This document shows, one piece after another, positions 49,711-60,100 of a stretch of 64,000 nt of DNA (positions are counted from its first letter, which is position 1; each line of letters starts with the position of its first letter). The notes beneath the pieces were generated by a model. That model was not told where the DNA came from. It worked only from the letters and a program-made list of their open reading frames with translations, and did no database searches. Source of the stretch: Hydrolagus affinis. Its lineage: Eukaryota. A program made the translations under genes and the position numbers. The stretch is from NCBI GenBank assembly GCA_012026655.1, contig JAAILG010001559.1, forward strand, positions 1 through 64,000. The letters are read 5' to 3'.

Positions 49711-51257
49711 CTTTAAGTCTCTCCTCAGTTTGTGAAATAAATAAATAAATAAACAAATTCCACTGGAAATGCAGCACAGAACTCTTCAATGTGTTCATCC
49801 AATGAAACTCTTCAAACTCTTCAGTCGTGTGACTTCCAAACCCTTTGTGTTTGTACCTTTGCAGATGTGACTTGTGGCAGGCCCAATAATGAATTTCCAG
49901 AAATTGATGGTGATGTTAATGAATGGTAATGTGTTATTAATAATGTATAACGAATTTGAGTGGAGAGCGGTGATCATACTTTTGATCGTTTGGACAGGAG
50001 TGAAAGATTCATGACAAACAAATGGTAATATGCCATAATTCGAGGTAGTGGGAGGGGGGGTAATTCTCAAAGTTCCTGGGGTGATGGGTATTTCCGGGGA
50101 GTAAGATGTTCTGACTAGGCTTTTATTTCAGTGTGAGTCACTGATGATAGATAATATAGAATGTACATGGCCTATTTTTGTGCAGATAGAGGTGTAGAAG
50201 TGAGAAAGTTCATAGTTGCAATGGGTTTCGAGTGGGGTGGAGCTGTGACTCTGACCCTGACCTTTCATTCCACATCCTGTGAAAGACCACGGAAAGCTGC
50301 TCATTTCAAACGTGTTTGTTAGTATTTTACAGATTTGAAATATTCTTTTGTTTTTCATAATTGTTACAAGATAATTACGTATTTCCCTAGTGATATTTGG
50401 AGTGAGTTGAACATTCTCTACTTTAAAACTTAATTGATAATTGTCAATTAACTTGATAATGTTTTATGATTGGATTCCTATGAGAGGAAACATAAGTTAT
50501 TTGAAATTGTGCATCAGATTAGTGTACAGTGAATTCCGAGCGTATTGTGTGTGAGTTCTGGACTCTACACACACTGTTGTTTTAATCCCTCTGACTGTGC
50601 AGTGCAGGGCGTATGTTGGATGGGTGCCATGGGTTTACACAGAATAGTTTTATTGAAATCTGGTACTTAATAATTAGTTGCTGTGGAGCACACTGGGGAT
50701 CCTGTGGTTCTCGTGAAACTGCAAAGTATTACGTCGCCTTTAGACTGCTCAGATTGCCACATGAATAATGAAGGTGATAGATTTCTCTGGTGCGAATGGG
50801 ACGGAATAAACTGATTGAAGGTGATCTCTGATGTCAGGGTGTAAAAAAGGATGAAAATCCCGGGGTTGCCTTACAGGGGGAGGTAATGTGATCGAATCAT
50901 TGATGGGGAATTTTTCTGAAAGTCGCTGTAAGAAGAGCCCAGTAATGATACAGTTATAATATCCTACATCATAAAACTCTTGTTGTTAAACCAAATAGAC
51001 GAGGAGGAGCCATGGTATGGTGTGTGTGTGTTGGGTTTGCCTATTTGGTCTGGGACAAGATGAGAACACTGACCACTCCTGGCTCTTCTCTATCGCCTCC
51101 AACTGAAAATGACGTGTGTTTGGAATTCAGGTACCAGAAACCTAGCCTGCGAGAAGAGATGATTTATCTTCAATGTTAAGAATGATGGGAAATTCTTGAA
51201 ATTCCATCTTAATTTGGAACCCGGTTCCCCACAAAAACAACAACAAATCCTGTGTGA

Positions 51258-51560
51258 AGTTCTGTGGCTGAGTGATTAGAGCCCTTGCTTTACAAGCGGG
51301 GGACCTGGGTTCAATTCCAGGCAAGGCGAAATCTTGGGCAAGTTTCCTTACTCCACACGCCTAATAATAATCCCTCAAAAAAAACGGTGATAAATTGGTC
51401 ATTTCAATCCGCAACTGTTTGTGGGACACTGCTGTGCGTATTGGCTGCCACTTTTCGCCCACATATATACAGTCAATTAAATTTACAGTATATTCTGTGA
51501 AGTGCTTTGAGACATCTAGAAGACACCAAAATCTACATATCAAATGCAAGGATTGTTATA
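51258..51560 (+). mobile_element. Full-length SINE upstream of the KCNAB2 first coding exon
   Basis: Head, body, Deu part and tail all present. Confidence 0.88.
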
Positions 51561-51979
51561 AATCAGATTTTATAAAATTCTGCGTAGTCTTGAAGTTTGG
51601 CATCATGATCGTAAGGCTAAAATCAAGAGAAAAAGGCAACAGCTTCAGTTGTATACCCCTCATACGGGGTAGCATCTCAGAGCATCCTGAAACGTCAGGG
51701 CTCTGATTAAATATCAGAAAATACATGATGGATCGCAAAAGGTAAATAATAGCAGCGGTGCATTTTAATGCAGCATTTGTCGTAGCATCTTATAATTCTG
51801 CAAGTGTTTTAAAGTGTTTTAAAGCTGACAACACACACTCGCATACTGTGAGAGCGTTGAAATGATCTGAGTTGATTTAAGGAAGGCTGCTGACATCCAT
51901 GGATCTTTTGTTTTACTCCAGGCTTAGCCAGTGACAGTGTGAGACAGCTGTGGGCTTTTGAACTGAAGCTACTGACCTG

Positions 51980-52056
51980 ATGTATCCAGAATCCACCACA
52001 GATTCCCCAGCTCGACTTTCTCTACGACAGACGGGTTCTCCAGGCATGATTTACAG
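51980..52056 (+). CDS. KCNAB2: KCNAB2 (Kv-beta2) first coding exon, [26 protein letters not shown]; exon begins at 51922
   Basis: Near-identical to the human Kv-beta2 N-terminus [26 protein letters not shown]; ctccAG acceptor before 51922; CAG|GTGAGG donor. Too short to appear in the ORF track. Confidence 0.95.
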
Positions 52057-53481
52057 GTGAGGCAGCTCGCTTCCCGCCGTCACACAGCAAGTGAAATTTC
52101 CTCACCTGTTACAGGGTTTCATTTATCTATTGATTGAAATGAAAACTTACATGGAGAGCTATAGCTCCCTGCAACTCTTGAGAGTATCAGGAAGGAATCA
52201 CAGGTCTCCGCCTGTCTTGCGCTCCCTGCTGCCCTATTGCTTTTCCCACACGGTTTCCCATGTGGATCTTAAATTGCTTGAAGTGCGCATTACAAATAAT
52301 CTTGTTGGAGAAGTGTGAAGTCAGATCAGATTGATATCCTTTCTTTCTGTGTTTGGCCTTGTACTGGCACAGCCTGTCCCACCGTCGGCAACCAAACCTT
52401 CAGCCTATCCGCCCCTACCCTCTGGAATTCGATTGTCACCAAACTATCTCTACCCTCCCTGCCCTCTATCCCTCCTGATCCCAACCCCCTGCTCAGGTCT
52501 AAATCCTTGACGTCCAACACCTTAGGACGTCCTGCCAACATGAACGGAGCTGTGTAAATGTAATTTGTTGCCCACCCACCCCGAAATTAGGAACTAGCTG
52601 GGGTTAGGTGAAAATGACAACAACAACAAATTAATAAGCCCTTCGGCCAGTTAATGTAACTGTGCAGGTTTGGAAATTTAAGGCCTGTTCTTGGTGTTAA
52701 GAGGATTTTGTCTTAAAATTTAAAAAAAATTGCAGAAATTTGAAAATTTCTTGAATTCAGCCTTAATTTGGAAATCCCCATTGCTGCTGTTCGCAGAAAG
52801 GACAGCGAGAATCGAATAAACTGGCAGAAAAAACAGCTTTCCAACGGAAGTATGGATTTTGGAAGCTTCCAAATCCTATGTGATTTTAATGTATTAAAAT
52901 ATTGGTTTAAGACCAGGAAAGATTTGGGGGCCTCTGGATGCGCTAGATTGAAAATCCCCAGGCGATTTGCATTCATCGGATTGATGCAGTACACCCACAC
53001 TCCCTCCCCTTCCCCTGGGCTAGGGATTTTTCTCTGGCACTGTCGTCTCAACGTGAAGCAAGGAAAAATGCTGCAGTGCTCTGCGGCTGAGGCTATACGC
53101 CAGCGCTTCCAGCAGGTGGTGCTGTTGGCTCAGACAGATTTTTTTGCAGCTCTCGACATTTTTCTGAATGTCTTTCTCGTCTTCGTCCAGAAGATGGCTC
53201 CGCGTACCACAAGTTCACTCGGTCCATCAAAACCCAAGGTCTCTCTCGACTGTGAACCCGCTGTAAACCAAAAGTGATCCTTGCATTTGATACGCACCTT
53301 ATCACGTCTCACTGCCAGGTAAACAGAGGCGTGTGGAATAAGGAACCTCGCCCAATGTTTCGGCCTGCCAGGAATCAAAACCCAGATCTCTCGATTGCGT
53401 ACTCCTGTGATCCAAGAAGAAAATCTTCCTAATGGCAAAGTGTGTATATATTATGTATAATATTATGCAATAATAATAATA

Positions 53482-53686
53482 CAGTAAAAGCCCATTTATC
53501 CGGCACCCTCGGGACCTGGTTAAAGCGCCTGCCGGATATTCAGCCGCAAACACAAAAAAACTATATTTTTTTTCAATGCATTTTTCCGGATAAATTCCGT
53601 TTAATCGAATGCGGACCTTTTTTGTTGCGATGCCAGTTATACGGAAGTTACGGTTGATCGGGTGCCGGATAAACGGGCTTTTACTG
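53482..53686. mobile_element. Tc1/mariner (Tigger/pogo-like) MITE, 205 bp
   Basis: 27-bp TIRs CAGTAAAAGCCCRTTTATCCGGCACCC with 1 mismatch; TA on both sides. Confidence 0.9.
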
Positions 53687-55216
53687 TACTTGCATTTGAT
53701 ATAACAACTTATCGCCACTTTAAGACATCTCGGAGCGCTTCACACAATAAACTGTAAAGTGAATTGACTGTATATTTTGTAGGTGAAACATAGCACCGAT
53801 TGCTGGAACAAAGCCATTTCAATATTCCTGTCAATTGGCTCAGCTCTAATCGGTTGAAGAAATCTTTGATTCCAGCACATACCGTGGCCCTAATCATCAA
53901 TGTTGCTTTTTATTGATATTTTCCAACGCTGTAGTTTTAACGGTAAACTACAGAAATGTAGTTTCTTTCAAACCGCTCGTATTGTGTGGTTTGTTGCTTT
54001 TGGTTGTTTTGCCCCAAACACGCGGTGTTTGCCTACAGGAAAATACTAGCAGTGCCCTTAAATCCACAGCATCTGATACCTATTGGTAACATTTCTATCC
54101 ATCAAATAGTTTGAAATAGATGGGATCTAACTGGAATCTTGGCGACTTTCCAGGTTTATGCCAAAGGTTATTTATTGACCACTTTCCATATTGAGGTTCC
54201 AGATCAAATGCCTTTTTCCATTAGGACAGAAGATTGGATCTTTTGGCAGTTCGACTGTGTGAAACTGCCAGGAAAATTTTACCCCTGTCAATCGCTCTCT
54301 CTGAGGGTGTGAGGTATTTGTGGTGCTTTTGGTCCAGTTAAAAGGTAAATGAAGCTCATCAATAGTGACAGAATCAGAGAATATTACAGTACGAGAGCAA
54401 GATATTCAGCCCTTCGAAATCTAGACTGGTCCTTTCTCTCCACTTATAGCCATATAGTCTTACTGCAGCCTCCTGCTCACTCCCCTTTTAAAAATTTTAA
54501 AAAATAAGAAAATCTTAAAACCGCATCGGATGTTTAGGCAGAAAGTGCGGAGTGATGGATCGGTCCTTTTTCCTTTTCACTGATCGGGCCAAATGAGAAT
54601 TACTCTTAAAACAAGCCGTTGCTGAAATGGTGTGGGCTGCAGGAAAGGGAAAGGTGAATACGGCTGAGATCAGGAATGTGCGTCTGTCACTTGGGAACTC
54701 CGTCGATGGATGGCCCATTCAGTGAGCCACGCGCGGCACTCAGTCGCTCTCTGGCACAAAGAGAGATAGTTACCTCCAGTGTTGGAAACAATGGCCAAAC
54801 GGTTGCGAATGAAATTCGGATGTCCATGTTAATGTGCGCAGAACTGTGTGTGGCAAGGCTAGTGAAATGTCATACCTATTGTCATTTGACTAATGATCAC
54901 TTGCATGACTTGGCATTCGTGTGTTCTGAGCTAATCAGTGAAATTGAAAAGGTACCTTACACCTTCCCATTACATAACCTCTATTTTTATATCAACAGCA
55001 CTGAGACACCACAGATGTTACCTACCCAAAGGATATACATTTCCTGTGTAAACTATGCTGATATTAATAGAGCAGCTATTTGACGACATGTGTTGTAGCC
55101 GATGCTTTAGAAACTGACTATAAACACATTGGTGATGGTGACTATTATTGGGAATTGACTAAACTCTACTGATCGGCAAAATGTTAATGTGGTTACAACC
55201 CCCTCCTCCCCGCCCC

Positions 55217-55251
<35 letters not shown>

Positions 55252-55611
55252 ACACACAAGCTGTTGTGTATTAGGTACTTGCAACAGATCAAATGATTCA
55301 GTTCACTCACGACGATGTTTGAGGATTTATGGGGAGTGTGTAAAAAAAAAAGTCCTGGGACGTCCTCCCGACGTGAAAGGCGCTCTACAAATGTCATTTT
55401 GTTGTTGGTCTGATTGGAAGAAGTTGCCTTTTCGCCCTATTTAAACATGTGCAGTGCCGTTTGAATCTGGTTAAATTCCCGCCTGGCTTGAGGCGGACAG
55501 CAATCTTTACGAAAGGCAACATTTTTGTTGGGTCTGTTTTTGAATTCCTCTAACTCTCGTTGGTTTGTGACGTTGGCCTTGTTTTTCCTTCTCTATCTTT
55601 GCTGCTTGAAG

Positions 55612-55653
55612 TGCCCGGTATGGCAGTCCCAAACGGCAGCTGCAGTTCTACAG
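55612..55653 (+). CDS. KCNAB2: KCNAB2 42-nt exon, (S)ARYGSPKRQLQFY(R)
   Basis: Matches human STRYGSPKRQLQFYR; AG/GT boundaries; phase 2 at both ends, compatible with the previous exon. The next exon (NLGKSGLRVSCLGL) was not found in the window. Confidence 0.94.
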
Positions 55654-56182
55654 GTACTCGCTACTCACAGCATGTGTTTCATTCACTCGGCCTTCTCCCA
55701 TTGTGATTTTGTGTAGTGTCCCGCGCTTTGGTGTGCCTTGTTTCTTCACGTACATCACGCAGTGCAGCGTTTCATCCTTTCTCACTGTGGAAAGCTGCCT
55801 TTTTGGTTCCATGTCAAGGAACTCATTTTCTCTGTGCCCTCCAGCGCATTTCCTTGATCTCAGAATGCACACAGCTTCACAAAATCCTCATTTATTTTTT
55901 TGTAATTGAGCGGTGGGGGCATGGAGTGAACTGCACGGTTTGTGAGCAAATGGTTCAAAAAGTCTCAGTTTCCCAGAAAATGGTTTATTCGAACATGTGC
56001 AGGATCTAGTGAAGACGACATGTGTTGCCTGTGCATGCCTGTGATGTGTTTGTGTACTATAATGGTTCTCTTTGGGCAGGGTGTTCTGTTCTGTGTCTTT
56101 ATTGCGGTGTTTATGTGAATGTCTGTTGCTTGCATCTAGATAGTGTCCATCGAGCCCTGGAGGTTGTTGGTATCATTGTATA

Positions 56183-56355
56183 TAATAATAATAATCCTTG
56201 CATTTGATATAGCGGTTTCATGTCTTCTAGACGTCTCAAAGCGCTTCACAGAATATACTGTAAAGTTGATTGACTGTACATTTTGCAGGCTAAACGTGGC
56301 TGCCGATTGCGCACAACCATGTCCCACAAACAGTTGTGGATTGAAATGACCAACT
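56183..56355 (-). mobile_element. SINE 3' half. Further partial copies near 535, 2040, 2700, 2970, 12628, 15225, 16710, 18200, 36195, 37770, 42040, 43330, 46072, 49075, 53275, 53688 and 57398
   Basis: Shared AAGCGCTTTGAGACGTC...AAATGCAAGGATTATT tail and Deu motif. Confidence 0.85.
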
Positions 56356-56964
56356 AAAATCCCAACTGGTTTCAACCTTTAGTGTTAAAATTTATGATTG
56401 TGCAGAATTTTGGAAGATTGGCGGTTTGTTCTTGACTGGGTTCCAAATTGGGATTGGATTTTTAAAAAATAATTATCTGCCACCTTACGTTTTAAGAGAA
56501 TAATCTTAATGCTCGTCACTGGTGGAATTTTAACCCTTGATCGCGCTGCACTGTGAAATATCAAGCCTGGCACAGCTCGGGAGAAATCTTGTGCTTTGAT
56601 TCTTCTATTGGATAAAAATTGCAATATGGAAACAGTTTTCTTTCATTTTAGTTATGTGGTAAGTATTCCAATGATATTGCTGTACTGTTTACTGTAGCCT
56701 AGTCCCTTGACTATTGGTCCCTCTCGTGATGAGGAGTCAGGTTTTCAATGAGACGACTATGACTTTCAGGGGCTTTCAGGATGTTGGACTGGGAATCGTA
56801 TCTCAAGGATCAATCTGACCCGACAGAAGATCTTGTTGTCGGTCATACAGAGGACTGTAAAATAATCTGCAGTCCAGACCCACTGCTCTCCTGAGTGAAT
56901 GACGCAATCGGGTGATGGGAAGCAACAGTGAGGTACCTAAGCAGATGGTGTATCAGGAATTTGA

Positions 56965-57200
56965 CATATAGTGACTTGCTTCAGTTGGTATCACTCCCAC
57001 TTCTGGGTCAAAAGGTTATGGGTTCAAGCCCCAATGTTGGACCTTTGACACTGGAGCAATGCTGGTGAAGTATTGCATTGTTAGAGGTGCTGCCTTTAGA
57101 CAAGGTTTTAAACTGCGGTTCTGTCTGGATGTTATCAATCCTGTGACGCAATTTGACAAGAGAGGAAGAGGTTCTCGTGGTGATCAAAATCACTATTGCA
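56965..57200 (+). mobile_element. Older SacSINE1/AmnSINE-like Deu SINE (related fragments near 6110, 7280, 8610, 36815 and 47175)
   Basis: GGTTATGGGTTCAAGCCCCA head then TGCATTGTTAGAGGTGCTGCCTTT...TTAAACTGCGG, resembling the 5' part of the Deu domain; heavily diverged. Confidence 0.65.
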
Positions 57201-58279
57201 TTTTCCACGACGACAACAACAACAACAACAACTTGGATTTATGTAGCGGCCTCCCCACCAGACCGCGTCTCAGAGCGCTTCACAATAACGGATCCCTGGG
57301 CCGAGCCAGTGGGAGGGGGAAAAAGGTGACCAAAAGCGCGAACAAAAAGTCTTTAGCCATGACCTGAAAATAGGAAAAGATGGGGCGAGGTGAAGAGGAT
57401 TGAAATGACTAATTTTTTTTATTATTGTGGGGTTTGTTTTGGAGGGATTATTATTAGGCCTGTGTGTGTGTGGAGTAAGGAAACTTGCCCAAGGTTTCGC
57501 CCTGACCTGCCTGGATTCTAACTATACTGTGAAGTGAACCTGAGAAAACTTAGTGTCGAGCTGATTGTTTCTTCCAGGGTTTCACCCAAACCACAAGTGG
57601 GAATGTCCCTTTTCCCTTCCCCTCTCCTCGCCAAATCTTTTAAACAATTTCACTGTCCTTTAGAAACACAGCAAAACCACCGCTGTCTCTCCCCACTTCC
57701 CCTCAGTAATGTTACACTATCACAAGTAAAATTTCGACTTCAGTCACTCTCATTCTACCCACTCATGTCATAAATATGGTTTGTGGGTCACACACACACA
57801 CACAAAAAAGTGTCTTGTCTGCAGTGCTTCAATAACCTCCTCGAGTAAATTGTAATGCCGTTCGGTCAAACATGTTGTCAATAATCCAGCTCGTAAGTAG
57901 ACTTGCTACTGATTTGAGACATTGGACAGATATAAAAATGAAGATACAAAACCTGACTTGAGCACATTTTGTCGTGAGGTGATTCAGTGCTCCAGTTTAG
58001 GGTCTGGGTCGACCTCTCTAATGACACGTGCAGAAGATGCTCCCAATTCTCGTACAGATTCAGTCAAATAAATAAATATTTGAAAACATAGCCTTTCAGT
58101 AGTTCATCCAAGTCGGAATTAGCTTGCGTTTTTTTTTTCTTTTTTTAAAACAAAAGTTTCTGCTTCGTGTTAAGCCAGACGGGAATCGAGCAGAGTGTAA
58201 ACACCGATGATGGACATTAAATATAACGGTTTGTTGTTACGGTTGTGTGTTTGTAGTTGAGTTCCACTTCTTCCTTTGG

Positions 58280-58470
58280 AGGTGGTTCAATGTAGATAAG
58301 GAAGAGAAGGGGGCCAAGGATGAGTCCTTGGGGTACCCCGCACGTACCCAGGCGAAAGCGAGAGGAAAAGCCGTTAATAGAGATGTACTGCTGGCGGTTA
58401 GTGAGGTAGGACTCGAACCAGGCGAGTGTAGACCCACTGAGGTGGATGACATGATCGACTGTGTCCACTT
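58280..58470 (-). mobile_element. L2 reverse transcriptase fragment
   Basis: LAWFESYLTNRQQYISING...CGVPQGLILGPLLFLIY. Confidence 0.88.
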
Positions 58471-59557
58471 GACAGCAGCTGTTTGTTTGAGTGAATCATT
58501 ATCGTGAACAATTTGCACAGCCAGCCTCAACAGTGCTCCTGTGTCGCTCGGCCTTTGGGGATGTCCTCCCGACGTGAGAAATGCGGATTCACTTTGTTGT
58601 TGTTGTTGCTCGGCCGCTGGTGAGCAGGGTTATGGTAAACAGATATCAACTGCCGGGTCTTGAACTTCCAACGGCGAAAATCGAACCCAGACTTCACCAC
58701 AGCTGGAAGCGAAGACCCTGAATTGTCACGGGTGGTGTCTGTGAGCGTATTGTAAAAAATGTTCCCAACGAAAGCATTCCCAGCTGTTTATTATTTGGGA
58801 ATAACTAAATGTGAGTGTGTTGGTTTTCTACCTGATGCAGTGCAGTCAGCACTTTTTTTTTATCTTTAAGTCTGGAAATCAATGTTGGTCACTAAGCTGC
58901 TCACCATCACAGCATGCACGGATATGACTGGCCTGTGCTGGGACTGCAGTTGCTTGGGATGTCCTCCTGACGTGAAAGGGGCTGTACAAATGTTATTTTG
59001 TTGTTGCTGTGTATGTTCGCTGATCTGATGGGTTGTGCTGGCTCTGCGTGTTGGAGAGAGGTCTAATACAGTGCAATAAAATACAAAATTACATGTGTAC
59101 GGTGCCTTCCACATCGGGAGGACATCCCAAGGTGCTGGATCGTCAGGGATTTGGACTCGAGCAGAGGGGTGGGTTTGGGATCAGGGAGGATGGAAGGTAG
59201 AAGGGTGGCCGAAGGCTTCATTAAGAGGAGGGTCTTGAAACGTGCCTTGAAGGAGGCTCTGCTTTTCCCCGGTTTGCTGTGACAAATAGATGAGCAAGGT
59301 AACCACAGCTCATCAAACGCACACATTTCTAAAGTGTTGTTTGGAGCTGCCCCAATCTCTAGATGTGAATATGTCACTGCCTCTGAGGCTAGACTGCTCA
59401 ACCGCAGAACAAAACCAGTGTGTTACAAACTGCCCTAATCCACACCCTTTTATGGCTATAAATATCTTCCTGTTGTTGTGGCTTCCCTTCCACTCTATTA
59501 ACTAGCTGTGAATAGGCATTGAATTGGTGGTGCCTGGCTTTGGCTTTAATGCAGATA

Positions 59558-60100
59558 ACAATAACAAGAACTTACATTTATATAGTGCCCCTCACACAGG
59601 GCAGTGGCCTAGAACGCTTGACAGTGACGGAGCGTGTCGCACAGTCAAATAGGAAGGTCTTCAGGCTCGACCTCAAGATGGGGAAGGAAGGGGCAAGGAA
59701 TAGATGAAGAGTATTCCAGAGTTTCAGGGCGTAGTGGGTGAAAGCGTGGCCGCCAATGGTGGAACAGAGGGCACGAGACACATGCAGAAAGCCAGAGCTT
59801 ATCGAGCAAAGGTTGTGGGTTGTGGGTTTGGGGGTAAGCAGGTCGGAGAGGTACGGAGGTGGCAGGTTATGAAGTAATTTGAAAACGAGTGTAAGAATCT
59901 TGAAATTGGTCTGTTCGGAGATAAGGAGCAGTGGAGCCCGGCTAGGACTGGTACGATGGGGGGGTACAGTATGCAGTAGCGGAGTTTTGGATCCGCTGAA
60001 CCCTTCTGTACGCTGGGGAGACTTTCAAAGGTAAAAGTCAAGTCTGGAGGGGACAAATGCACGCACAAGTGTTTCAACCTCGGCTGGGGTAAGGAATGGT
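59558..60100 (-). mobile_element. L2 3' fragment
   Basis: IGGHAFTHYALKLWNTL...SSLKTFLF and L2 tail. Confidence 0.8.

Noticed and set aside
52768-53277. 169-aa plus-strand ORF in a KCNAB2 intron
   Set aside because: Non-ATG start, no similarity to Kv-beta N-termini or any domain I recognise.
56652-56658. 7-nt micro-exon candidate (ttttAG|TTATGTG|GTAAGT)
   Set aside because: It would shift the KCNAB2 frame and has no supporting homology; splice signals alone are insufficient.
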